From: Polyangiaceae bacterium
Lineage (GTDB): Bacteria; Myxococcota_A; Polyangia; Polyangiales; Polyangiaceae
DNA: 64,000 nucleotides
Assembly: GCA_044376115.1 (NCBI GenBank)
Contig: JBILLK010000033.1
Location: forward strand, 1-64,000
Direction: 5' to 3'
The notes under the pieces are model-generated. The model had not been told where the DNA came from, did not search any database, and was given only the letters and a program-made list of their open reading frames with translations. Shown here piece after piece: positions 28,309-37,692 of this stretch (within the stretch, counting starts at the first letter, position 1; the number at the start of each line of letters is the position of its first letter). The position numbers and the translations under genes were made by a program.

Positions 28309-29361
28309 CTAGGCGGGCGTAGCTTTGCGACGCGCGACGCGTCGGTAGATCACGAAGCCGGCCACCGCCACGAGCACGACCGGCTCGAGCGGGATGTAAA
28401 TCTTCCGGGGACGCAGCAGCGGCGGGATGCGCAACGGCGTGGTGTTCTTGGCCTGGTGAAAGAACACCTCCGCTGTGCCCACGCGCGGGCTGGACTGGTC
28501 GTCGAAGACCGTGAGGAAGCGCTCGCCCGTAACCATTGCCTGGAGCTCCGCCGGGACCTCGACGACATCGGCCAGCTTGGTCGTGCCAGCAAACGCGCCG
28601 GTATCGCCCAGCGTCGCGTCGTAGCGAACATCGGACAGGAAGAACACGCGCAGCAAGCGCTCTGGTGGGCGGCCTGCCGAGGGCGCGCCAGCCGGCTCCC
28701 GGTACGGGTAAAAGGGCCGGTCCGCGTCGAAGCTCATGCGAACTGCCGCCGTACCGATCGGTGTCGTCGGACCGCTATCGGGCTGGCGCGAGACCTTGAA
28801 GGCCGTGATGACCCAGCGGTTCTTTACGTATTCGGACAGCCACTGGCTGAGCCCGGGGCCTTGTGCGTAGTTGCGTTCCTTCAGCCAAGCTGAGAGCGCT
28901 GATGGGTCCTCCGCTGAAAGGACGACTGCGTCGAAGCCCGCCACCTTTTGCGTGTGGAGCACGCGCACCGGCTCCATTTCATACGACGCCGACTTTTCGG
29001 CGCCGCGGAAGAAGTCCAAGCTTGCGCAGCCGCCGGTGAACTCGAACCCGCCCGGTTCGGTCTTTGGCTGCAGATGATTCGTAAGCCGCTGGAAGACTTG
29101 ATCACTGACCTCCCCGAGCTCCGGCTTGCTCGGCGTCGGCACGAGGAAACCAAAATCCTTGCCGCTCGCGACGAAGTTGGCGCGACGAATGAAGTGCTGC
29201 TTCTTCTTCGCTTCATCCCAAAGGATGATCGCCTCCTCCGAAGCGACGTAGACCTCCTCGCCTTCCATTGGCGCCGTAGCGCAGGCACGCGCAGGGCTTG
29301 GCGATGACCCGACGAGCACTGCGCCGAGCAGCGCAAAGAGTGTACTGAATAGCCTGCTCAT
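28309..29361 (-). CDS. DUF2330 domain protein
   Basis: Signal peptide, EEAIILWD...HFIRRA.F, FGFLVPTP, L..WL....Y, PFYPYREP, C-terminal TM. Confidence 0.85.
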   Translation of the reverse strand: MSRLFSTLFALLGAVLVGSSPSPARACATAPMEGEEVYVASEEAIILWDEAKKKQHFIRRANFVASGKDFGFLVPTPSKPELGEVSDQVFQRLTNHLQPKTEPGGFEFTGGCASLDFFRGAEKSASYEMEPVRVLHTQKVAGFDAVVLSAEDPSALSAWLKERNYAQGPGLSQWLSEYVKNRWVITAFKVSRQPDSGPTTPIGTAAVRMSFDADRPFYPYREPAGAPSAGRPPERLLRVFFLSDVRYDATLGDTGAFAGTTKLADVVEVPAELQAMVTGERFLTVFDDQSSPRVGTAEVFFHQAKNTTPLRIPPLLRPRKIYIPLEPVVLVAVAGFVIYRRVARRKATPA

Positions 29362-29383
29362 CTGAACTTCTCTGCGACGCTCG

Positions 29384-31111
29384 CTACGGCCGCAGCCCCG
29401 CCTCTTCACGTAGCAGCTTCAAGAACGCCGGGCCATACGTGGAGGCCTTCTTGGGGCCGACGCCGGGCACGCTGAGCAGCTCCGACTCGGTCTTGGGATG
29501 GCGCTCGGCCATCGCGATCAAGGTCGCGTCGTTGAAGATCACGTAGGCCGGTACGCCGCGTGTCTCGGCCAGGTGTTTGCGTAGGGATTTGAGCAAGACC
29601 ACGAGCTCGCTCGGAGCCTCGGCGGGCGGCGGAACCTCACGCACGCGCGGCGCAATCTTGCTAGCCGGGCTCGCCGCCTTGCTGGGCTCGCGGCGCGGCA
29701 GATCGCTGTTGCCGAGGCACACGTCGCAGGAGGTCTCGCAAGCTTGGGCCTTCTCGCCGAAGTGGGCGGCCAGCATCACGTGACGACAGCGCTCGCTCTC
29801 GGCCAAGCGGAACATCTCGCGCGACTGCGTTCGAAGCCGTTGCGCGACGTCATCGGAGCCGGCCTCATCGGCGAAGCGGTCATACGCGACGACCTCCGAC
29901 CAGGAGTAAAAGAGGATGCAATCGGAGCGCACGCCGTCGCGTCCGGCGCGCCCGATCTCCTGGTAATAGCCGTCGATCGAGCGCGGCATATCGCGATGGA
30001 TCACGTAGCGCACGTTGCTCTTGTCGATGCCCATACCGAAGGCGATGGTGGCGACCACCACGTCCACAGCGTCTTTGCGGAAGGCGTCTTGGGCGAGGCT
30101 GCGCTCTTCGGCGCTGAGCCCGGCGTGGTAGGCCACGGCTTTGACGCGCGCATCCCGCAGATAGTCGGCCATCTCGTCGGCGGCTTTGCGCGAGAGGCAA
30201 TAGATGATGCCGCTGTCTCCTTTGCGTTCACGCACCAATTTGAGGATGTTCTCGCGCGTGGTGGGAGCCCCGCGGCCACCCTTTTTGACGGCGAAGATGT
30301 GAAGGTTGGGGCGGAAGGTACTGCCGCGAAAGAAGGCCGGTGAGCGCATGCCCAACGAGTTTGCAATGTCGCTTGCAACCTCTTGCGTGGCCGTCGCGGT
30401 GAGCGCCAAGATCGGCGCTTTGGGCAGCTTGGCCAGCTGCGCGGCGAAGGAGCGATAGGCCGGCCGAAAGTCATGCCCCCATTGGCTGATGCAGTGCGCT
30501 TCATCCACCGCATAAAGCCGAATATCCACTTCGCGCAGCAGCGTCCCCACGCGCGCCTCGAGCCCCTCCGGCGCGACGTACAAAAGTTCCACCTCGCCGC
30601 GTCGAACCGAGGCCAACGCCTCGTTGCGTTCATCGAGCGTGAGGCTCGAGTTGAGGAACATCGCTTTGATGCCCACCTCGTTGAGCGCCTCGACTTGGTC
30701 GCGCATCAGCGCAATCAGTGGCGAGACCACCAGCGTCGTGCCGCCAAGCACGCGGGCCGGAACTTGGTAGGTGATCGACTTTCCGGCGCCGGTCGGCAGG
30801 ATGCCGATCACGTCGCGGCCGGAGAGGATGGTGTCGACGATCTCCTTCTGCGAGGGCCTGAAGCTCGGGTAGCCGAAGACCGAGGCCAGCACTTCTTCGG
30901 GCGTCGGCGGCGGACCGATCAACTCCGCGCAGGCCTTCAGCTCGGCGATCAGGTCCTGGCTGAAGAGCGAGGCCGCCCGGCGAAACACGCCCCGCAGGCG
31001 CACCAGCTCCTGGCGCTGACTGCGCCGCGCTAGCTGGGAGTCGTCAGCGAGGCTCTCTTTGAGCTTCGCGACGGCCTCCTCCAACTGACGCCTGTGCGGG
31101 TCCTCGAACAC
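29384..31111 (-). CDS. recQ: ATP-dependent DNA helicase RecQ
   Basis: PTGAGKS, DEAHCISQWGHDFRP, ATIAFGMGIDK, QEIGRAGRDG, Zn Cys cluster, HRDC (VPAYVIFND). Confidence 0.95.
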   Translation of the reverse strand: MFEDPHRRQLEEAVAKLKESLADDSQLARRSQRQELVRLRGVFRRAASLFSQDLIAELKACAELIGPPPTPEEVLASVFGYPSFRPSQKEIVDTILSGRDVIGILPTGAGKSITYQVPARVLGGTTLVVSPLIALMRDQVEALNEVGIKAMFLNSSLTLDERNEALASVRRGEVELLYVAPEGLEARVGTLLREVDIRLYAVDEAHCISQWGHDFRPAYRSFAAQLAKLPKAPILALTATATQEVASDIANSLGMRSPAFFRGSTFRPNLHIFAVKKGGRGAPTTRENILKLVRERKGDSGIIYCLSRKAADEMADYLRDARVKAVAYHAGLSAEERSLAQDAFRKDAVDVVVATIAFGMGIDKSNVRYVIHRDMPRSIDGYYQEIGRAGRDGVRSDCILFYSWSEVVAYDRFADEAGSDDVAQRLRTQSREMFRLAESERCRHVMLAAHFGEKAQACETSCDVCLGNSDLPRREPSKAASPASKIAPRVREVPPPAEAPSELVVLLKSLRKHLAETRGVPAYVIFNDATLIAMAERHPKTESELLSVPGVGPKKASTYGPAFLKLLREEAGLRP

Positions 31112-31193
31112 GGCGCGTTGGTAGCACTTCCGTAAGCTCCGCCATACCGAAACGGTATTGGACGCAGCGCCGCGCGCTCGCCAGCCTACGAAC

Positions 31194-31952
31194 ATGGCGA
31201 TTGAGCTCCTCTCCAGCGCGGAGATCGAAAAGATGCGACGGGCCGGCCAAGTGGCGCGCGCTACCTTGCTCGAGGTCGGTCGCAAAATTGCGGCGGGCAT
31301 CAGCACCGCCGATATCGACCGCTGGGTGCGCGAAGACACCGAAGCGCGCGGCGGCCGCCCCAGCCAGCTCGGCTATCACGGCTTCCCCGCCGCCGTTTGC
31401 ACCAGCCGCAACGAGGTCGTCTGTCACGGCATCCCGCGACCCGACGTGCTGCTCGAGTCGGGCGATATCGTCAACGTGGACGTCACCACCGCGTTCGACG
31501 GCTTTCACGGCGATACCTCGATCACCTTCATCGTGGGCGAAGCTTCTGCCGAGGCGAGGCACGTCGTCAGCGTCGCCGAGCGAGCGATGATGGCCGGCAT
31601 CGCGCAGGTTCGTGACGGCGCCCGACTCGGCGATATTGGGGCGGCGATTCAGGCTTTGGCGGCGCGCGAAGGCTGCTCCGTCGTGCGCGACTACGGTGGC
31701 CATGGCATCGGCAAAAAGATGCACGGCGACCCGCACGTCTCCCACTTCGGGAAGGCCAACACGGGGGCCCGGCTACGCGCTGGGATGTGCATCACCATCG
31801 AACCGATGATCAACCTCGGTGGCCCCGAGACGGTGGTGGACAAAGACGGTTGGACGGTGCGCACGCGCGACGGCCGCTGGTCAGCGCAATTCGAACATAC
31901 CCTGCTGGTCACCCGCGGAGGCTGCGAAGTATTGACCCGAGACCCCGCCTGA
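31194..31952 (+). CDS. map: type I methionine aminopeptidase
   Basis: CTSRNEVVCHGIP, DIVNVDV, GFHGDTS, GHGIG, TIEPMIN, SAQFEHT. Confidence 0.97.
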   Translation: MAIELLSSAEIEKMRRAGQVARATLLEVGRKIAAGISTADIDRWVREDTEARGGRPSQLGYHGFPAAVCTSRNEVVCHGIPRPDVLLESGDIVNVDVTTAFDGFHGDTSITFIVGEASAEARHVVSVAERAMMAGIAQVRDGARLGDIGAAIQALAAREGCSVVRDYGGHGIGKKMHGDPHVSHFGKANTGARLRAGMCITIEPMINLGGPETVVDKDGWTVRTRDGRWSAQFEHTLLVTRGGCEVLTRDPA

Positions 31953-32006
31953 ATGGAACGGCGGACAGTGCTGGCGTCGTGCGCCCATCCGTTGTTTGCT
32001 GCGAGG

Positions 32007-34316
32007 ATGCGCTCCTTGTTTCGGGCACCGGTGATGGCGACCGCTTGGCTTTTGACGCTGCTGACGGCCTGCGGTGATAGTGGCGTCGGCAGCGGTGGTG
32101 GCGGAAGTGACGGCGAGGCCGGCGCAAGCAGCAGCACCGGTGGGGCGAATAGCGGCGGTGCAAACAGCGGCGGCGGTGGTGCTAGCGGAGGCAGCGGCGG
32201 GGAGGGCGGCTCGCGCATCCCGGCCGTTGAAGATCCGTATCAGCCCGCGCCCGCGCCCAGCGAATGGTCGTCCGCTGAGCTGGCCGATCTGCAGGCCGGC
32301 GTGGATAGCGCCCTCAACGGCATCTCCGGCGCGACGCATTCGGCTTTGATCGTCGGGCTCGACTCGGGCCAAGTGCTCTATCAACGCTCGCCCGATTCGC
32401 TGCGCAAACCCGCGTCCAACACCAAGCTCTTCACCACCGCGGTCGGCCTGGTTGAACACGGCGCGAGCCATCGGCCGCTCGCGCGCCTGTATCGCGCCAA
32501 CGCGAGCGGCGCCACCATCAGCGGCGACATCACGCTGGTCCTCGAGCACGATCCTTCGGCCTCTACCTGGTTTGCCGACTCGGCGACGCAGCCGCTCGAG
32601 GCCGCCGCTGAGGCGCTCGCGGCCAGCGGCGTCACGCAGGTCACCGGCAACGCGGTGGTCAAAGGCGAGGGCGTGTTCGTCGGAAGTTCGCTGGGGACGA
32701 TCTCCTTCAGCGGCGAGCGCGCCGAGATCGCGACGGCCTTCTTGAACGCCCTCGAGGGCGCCGGTATCGCGGTCGCGGGCAACGCCAGCAACGCCGCTGG
32801 CTTCGACCCGCCCGCTGGCGCCACTTTGATCGCCGAACTGCCCGCCGCGTCGAACGACGTGATCGCGCACGCCATCAATGTACCGAGTCACAACGAGTTC
32901 GCCGATCTTTGGTCGCATCATCTCGGTCAACTCGCCTCCGGCACCAACACCTTCGCCGGCGGCTTCGCGGCGATGGAAGCCTCGCTCGATGGGCTCGGCG
33001 TCGCGCACCCGGGGCTCTTGCTCAACGACGGCTCCGGCCTTTCGCACGACAACCGCGTCTCGGCGCGACACATCGTCGATCTCTTCGTTGCCATGGCCGA
33101 GCAGCCCTCGTGGGACGCTTACGTCAAGTCGATGGCCGTCTCCGGGCTTCGCGGCACCATCGCTTCGCGCATGACCGGCCCGGACACGAACGCGCGCTTC
33201 TGGGGTAAGACCGGCACGCTCACCGGCGTGGTCGCGCTCTCCGGCGTGCTCTTTCACAAGCACGACGGTCAACGTTACGTCGCGAGCTTCCTCGTCAATA
33301 GCGTCTCCGATTCACCGCAAGCCCGCGCACGGTTGGATCAAGCCGTGGCCTCGCTAGGCGAAGACCGTCGCAACCTTGCCGACTTGCCCGCCGCGCCCAG
33401 GTTGCTCGCGCTCGACGACGACGACAACGGCGCTTCGGCGGTCGCCCGCTTCACGCCGGTCGACGGTGCCAGCGGCTATCTGCTCTGGCGCAGCGCCGAC
33501 GGCCTCACCTGGAAACGCGAAGACGCGCGCCTGATCGACGGTACGACTCATCGCACGCTCTCCTTCGATGGCGCGCTGTTCGTGCGCGTGACCGCCTTGA
33601 ATGAGGCCGGTGAGGGCCCGCCCTCGAGCGTGCTCGCGGTGCGCTGCTCGCAAGACGGCCCGAAGATCCTCGTGGTCGACGGCAACGAGCGCCACAGCTC
33701 GCAGCCGGTCCCGGAGAATCCGCTGCGTTGGGGCCACAGCTCGCTCAGCGCCTACGCGGCCGCGCTTGACGCTCCCTTCGAGAGCGCCTCGCACGCGCAG
33801 ATCGATTCCGGCGAAGTCGATCTGAGCGGCTACGACTCGGTGATTTGGCTGCTCGGTCGCGAGTCGGTGGCCGACGAAACCTTCTCGGTAGCCGAACAAG
33901 AGCGCGTGCGTCAGTTCGTCGAGAGCGGTGGTGCGCTGGTCGTTTCGGGCGCTGAGCTCGGCTACGACCTGATCGATCAAGGCTCACCCGAAGACGCAGC
34001 CTTCGCGCGCGAGGTGCTCGGTCTCGAGTACGTCGCCGATGACGCGGGTACCACGCTCTTGCGCGCTGGAGAGCTGGATCTCGGCGTTTTCGTCGCGCGT
34101 TTCTCCAAGTTGGGCACGAGTGAAGTGGCCTTCCCCGACGTGCTCGCGCCAGCCGGCGAGGGCGTCTCCTGTTTGACCTACGCGAGCGGTGGCGACGCCT
34201 GCGTCGTGACAGACTTCCCGGCTGGCGGCCGCGCGGTGAGCCTTGGTTTGCCGCTCGAGTCGCTCGATGACCCGGCGCTACTCCAGAAGATCGTCGCCTT
34301 GGGATTGGGCACGTGA
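32007..34316 (+). CDS. dacB: D-Ala-D-Ala carboxypeptidase/endopeptidase (S13, PBP4-like) lipoprotein with FN3-like and C-terminal alpha/beta domains
   Basis: PASNTK (SxxK), SHN (SxN), DGSGLS, GKTGTL; lipobox LTAC; about 320 extra C-terminal residues. Confidence 0.9.
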   Translation: MRSLFRAPVMATAWLLTLLTACGDSGVGSGGGGSDGEAGASSSTGGANSGGANSGGGGASGGSGGEGGSRIPAVEDPYQPAPAPSEWSSAELADLQAGVDSALNGISGATHSALIVGLDSGQVLYQRSPDSLRKPASNTKLFTTAVGLVEHGASHRPLARLYRANASGATISGDITLVLEHDPSASTWFADSATQPLEAAAEALAASGVTQVTGNAVVKGEGVFVGSSLGTISFSGERAEIATAFLNALEGAGIAVAGNASNAAGFDPPAGATLIAELPAASNDVIAHAINVPSHNEFADLWSHHLGQLASGTNTFAGGFAAMEASLDGLGVAHPGLLLNDGSGLSHDNRVSARHIVDLFVAMAEQPSWDAYVKSMAVSGLRGTIASRMTGPDTNARFWGKTGTLTGVVALSGVLFHKHDGQRYVASFLVNSVSDSPQARARLDQAVASLGEDRRNLADLPAAPRLLALDDDDNGASAVARFTPVDGASGYLLWRSADGLTWKREDARLIDGTTHRTLSFDGALFVRVTALNEAGEGPPSSVLAVRCSQDGPKILVVDGNERHSSQPVPENPLRWGHSSLSAYAAALDAPFESASHAQIDSGEVDLSGYDSVIWLLGRESVADETFSVAEQERVRQFVESGGALVVSGAELGYDLIDQGSPEDAAFAREVLGLEYVADDAGTTLLRAGELDLGVFVARFSKLGTSEVAFPDVLAPAGEGVSCLTYASGGDACVVTDFPAGGRAVSLGLPLESLDDPALLQKIVALGLGT

Positions 34317-35371
34317 TGATGGGGCAGGGAAGGGGGCCGGCTGTTGCAAGCGCGCCCCGCAAAAGCCGTTTGCCTCGCGTGCTCGCGTTGGGCCTGCTCG
34401 GCCTCGCGCCTAGCCTCTATTTCGGCTGCGGCGACGGCGAGAAGGTGGACGGCTTCAGCTGCGACGAGAGCTACGCCTTCGACGCCAGCAACACGAGCCC
34501 CGTTCGCTTGCGGATCGAAGGTCGCGAGCTCTTCGGTCCGGACGGAGAGAAGCTGCAGCTGCGCGGCGCCAACCTCAAGAACATCGACGCCGAGCAGGCG
34601 CGCGAGCTGCGTGAGGACCTGCAGTTCAACTTCGTGCGCATGCGCATCTCGTTCGAGGGGGACAACCGCGATGACAACGACCCAACCGGCTTCTCGAGGG
34701 AGTTCCGCACCGAACTCGACGAGTGGGTTACGGCGCTGGCCGCCGAGCAGATTTGGATCTTGCTCGAGATGCGCTCCGACGACGAGACGACGAATGACCC
34801 AGCGCTTTACGATCCCTCGAGCAGCACCTTCGCTCCGTATGCGCGGGCGTGGGAGTATCTCGGCTGCCGCTACCGCAGCGCCGACTACGTCGCAGGCTAT
34901 GGCCTTTTGGCCGAACCGAGCGCCAGTCGCGGGGACAAGGAGCCGGTCGATACGCTGACGAAGTTCCAATTGGCGCTGATGGAGCGCATCGACGCGACTG
35001 GCGATAACGCGACGCCGTATTTCGTCGGGCCCGACTACAACTACGACACCATGCAGTACCGCTACGACGAGTACTTCACGGCGCTCGCGGCCTACGAAGG
35101 TCGCCTGGTCTACGAGGTCAACAGCTTGGTGCCCAAGCCGTGGATCCAAGACGGCACTGTGCCCGACGGCGTAAGCAAGGCCGAGAGCTCCTATCCGCAG
35201 CCCGCTCCCGCGAACTTCGACTTCTTGCTCGAGCCGAAGGCGGGGGAGTCGTTTGAGGTTCCGCGCGATCTCGAGCGCATCTTCAGTTCACGTTCCGAAG
35301 AGCCGGAGAACTTCCCTGCGTTGCTCTCGCCCGAGTTCGTGTTCGACTTCTACGCCGCGCTGCCGCAGTAG
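34316..35371 (+). CDS. glycoside hydrolase family 5-like lipoprotein, possibly C-terminally truncated
   Basis: LRGAN, FNFVRMRI, WILLE, RY....VAGYGLLAEP (acid/base Glu); lipobox YFGC. Confidence 0.7.
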   Translation: MMGQGRGPAVASAPRKSRLPRVLALGLLGLAPSLYFGCGDGEKVDGFSCDESYAFDASNTSPVRLRIEGRELFGPDGEKLQLRGANLKNIDAEQARELREDLQFNFVRMRISFEGDNRDDNDPTGFSREFRTELDEWVTALAAEQIWILLEMRSDDETTNDPALYDPSSSTFAPYARAWEYLGCRYRSADYVAGYGLLAEPSASRGDKEPVDTLTKFQLALMERIDATGDNATPYFVGPDYNYDTMQYRYDEYFTALAAYEGRLVYEVNSLVPKPWIQDGTVPDGVSKAESSYPQPAPANFDFLLEPKAGESFEVPRDLERIFSSRSEEPENFPALLSPEFVFDFYAALPQ

Positions 35372-35389
35372 CGTTGTATCGTCGACTCC

Positions 35390-35752
35390 GTGAAAGCCTT
35401 GCAAACCGTGCGCGTCGCAGCCGCTCTCGCGATCCCCTTGGGTCATCGCGTGGAGGTCCGCTGGTACTCTTACGAGCAGTCGAACTTCTTCTCGTCCACG
35501 CCGGAGCTGCGTGAACTCGAGGCCCCGTGGGTCGTCGATCTCGAGACCGGCGTCGAGTACAGCCACGGCGAGCACCACGAGGAGTCGAACACCGTCACCA
35601 GCGGTCGCGTCAAAGAGGTGCCGCTCGAACTAAGGCCGACGCTGAAGCTGCGTTCGCAGCTGCGAGGCACCGTTCGGCGTTGCGTGGTGATGACGTTGGG
35701 CAGCGGACAGTACGCCTATCCGCAGACCACGCTGCTAATCGAGCCTGAGTAG
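35390..35752 (+). CDS. hypothetical protein
   Basis: 120-aa ORF with good codon pattern; TATCGT 7 nt before GTG. Confidence 0.65.
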   Translation: MKALQTVRVAAALAIPLGHRVEVRWYSYEQSNFFSSTPELRELEAPWVVDLETGVEYSHGEHHEESNTVTSGRVKEVPLELRPTLKLRSQLRGTVRRCVVMTLGSGQYAYPQTTLLIEPE

Positions 35753-35813
35753 CCGCTGAATTCGTCTGACTTGTGCGAGTTTTTCACTGGGGGATGCGCT
35801 AGCCTCCCGCGCC

Positions 35814-36410
35814 ATGTCTACCCTTCGATTGTGGCTAGCCTCGGCCACCGTGATCGTCGCCAGCATCTTGTCGCAAGACGCGAGCGCCGAACCCACCAAG
35901 CCCGCCAAGCGCACCGTGGTCAATCGCGTCGTGGCTAGCGTGGACCGCGAGCCGATCACCTGGTTCGAGTTGATGCGCCGGGCCAAGCCGCTCTTGCCGC
36001 AGATCGAACAAGTGGCCGAGGCCGACCGTGAGAAGGCGCGTGAGCAGCTGATGCGGCAGCTGCTCGACAAGCTGATTGCCGAGCGCTTGATCGCTCTTCG
36101 GGCCAAGGAGCTGAGCGTAGTTGTCTTCGAGGATGCGGTGGAGCGCGCGCTTGAGAAAATCGCGATGGGATCGAAGCGAACCGTGCCTGAGCTTTTTCAG
36201 GAGGCACTGCGGCTGGGCTTCACGGAGGCTGACTATCGTGCCGAGGTTCGGCGAGCCGTGCTGGATTCACGTGTGCTTGCGCTCGAGGTCCTGCCCAAGA
36301 TTAGGAGTGAAGGTCTCTCAGAAAAGGAGCTCGAGGAGAAGATCATCCGCGGCAAGGTGGATTTCCTCAATGCGCTGGCGTCGCAGCACTCGATCGAGGA
36401 CCGCCTATGA
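35814..36410 (+). CDS. SurA N-terminal domain protein (no parvulin domain)
   Basis: VVNRVVASVDREPITWFEL...LLDKLIAERLI...V....VERAL; signal peptide. Confidence 0.8.
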   Translation: MSTLRLWLASATVIVASILSQDASAEPTKPAKRTVVNRVVASVDREPITWFELMRRAKPLLPQIEQVAEADREKAREQLMRQLLDKLIAERLIALRAKELSVVVFEDAVERALEKIAMGSKRTVPELFQEALRLGFTEADYRAEVRRAVLDSRVLALEVLPKIRSEGLSEKELEEKIIRGKVDFLNALASQHSIEDRL

Positions 36411-37501
36411 GCCGCGCGCATAGCGCCTTCGGCGCAAGCCTGGTTGCGTTGCTGCTCGGTGCTTGCACGCCGCCACCGCCGGCGGTCAAGCCGGTCGTGC
36501 CGGTGGTAGCGCCGCCGGTCGAAGAAGCCGAGGTCGGGCAGGTCTGTTCGGAGGCCCCCACGGACGGCGCTGGCCCAGCGCTCGCCCGCGTCGTGCTGCG
36601 CGATGCGCAGCCCGGCGAGTGCGAGCTCGTCACGGTGAAGGCCGGCGGCGCCTTGGATGAGGCCGAGCTAGACAAGACGGTGCGGGCTCTTTTTGCGACC
36701 GGTCACTACTCCGACGTCGTCGGCGTGACGGAGGACTCGCCGCGCGGGCCGCGTTTGGCGATCGAGGTCGTGCCGCTGCCCAAGCTGGTGACGATCAACT
36801 TCGAAGGCGCCACGGCGCTCAATCGCGAGGAGCTGCTCAAGGCGAGCCAGCTGAGTGAAGGCGCCTTCCTAGCCAAGGACGACGTGCGTCGCGCAGCGCT
36901 CGGCCTATCGCTGGCCTTCGAGGCGCTCGGCTTCCGACACGTCAAGGTGCAGCCAGCGGTGAGCTCGGTCGAGGGGAAGGGCTCCGCGCTCACCTTCACC
37001 ATCGTCGAAGGGAAGCGTGCGTTGCTCAAAGAGCTGCGCGCCGAAGGGCTCAAGAGCCTGGATCAAAAGACGCTCGATAAGATCGCCGACAAGTTGCTCG
37101 GTGGCGCCGTGACCGAAGCAACGTCGGAGGAGCTGCGCCTGCGGCTCGTGAGCTTCCTGTTGGACGGCGGCTACGTCGCTGGCGAGGTCTCGAGCATGGC
37201 CGTAACCGAGGGACCCAACGGAGATTTGTCGGGTCGCTTCAAAATTACGCCAGGCGCCAAGTTCAAGATCGGCACCGTGGGGCTCGCGGGCGAGCCGTGT
37301 TTGCCGGGCCCCAAGCTCGAGGCCCTGGTCAAAGGCACCCGGCCTGGGCAGACCTTCTCGCGCAAGAAGGTGGCCGATGACCGCAAAGCGCTGGAAGCTG
37401 CGTGCGCGGCAGCTGGTTCCCCGCGGCTGATCGACGTCGCCACCGATCTGCAACTCGACAAGAAGCGCATCAACCTTGTGTTCGGCATGCTGCCGCCGTG
37501 A
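36407..37501 (+). CDS. POTRA-repeat lipoprotein without a beta-barrel
   Basis: Lipobox LGAC; LFATGHYSDV, INFEGA..L..EEL, LTFTIVEG, FKIGTV.LAG, GQTFSR..V..D. Confidence 0.8.
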   Translation: MSRAHSAFGASLVALLLGACTPPPPAVKPVVPVVAPPVEEAEVGQVCSEAPTDGAGPALARVVLRDAQPGECELVTVKAGGALDEAELDKTVRALFATGHYSDVVGVTEDSPRGPRLAIEVVPLPKLVTINFEGATALNREELLKASQLSEGAFLAKDDVRRAALGLSLAFEALGFRHVKVQPAVSSVEGKGSALTFTIVEGKRALLKELRAEGLKSLDQKTLDKIADKLLGGAVTEATSEELRLRLVSFLLDGGYVAGEVSSMAVTEGPNGDLSGRFKITPGAKFKIGTVGLAGEPCLPGPKLEALVKGTRPGQTFSRKKVADDRKALEAACAAAGSPRLIDVATDLQLDKKRINLVFGMLPP

Positions 37502-37692
37502 ATCATTGTGGTGACTCCAGCTTTGCTCGTCGCTGACCGAAAAAGCGCTCGCTTTAATTGACTCGTGCCGTGTTCCGGCTTCAACGGGGCCTTCGGCGGT
37601 TGTCTAGCTGAGGGCACGAGTCAATCTGTCTGCTACATCCTCCTTCGGCGGAAGTTCGGCCCAGTCGAGCGGTTCGCGTAGCCTCTCGTGCC

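Noticed and set aside
31112..31339. N-terminal extension of RecQ in the ORF track
   Set aside because: Overlaps the divergent map gene; GTG at 31111 is more plausible.
31881..33272. 463-aa antisense ORF
   Set aside because: Shadow of dacB.
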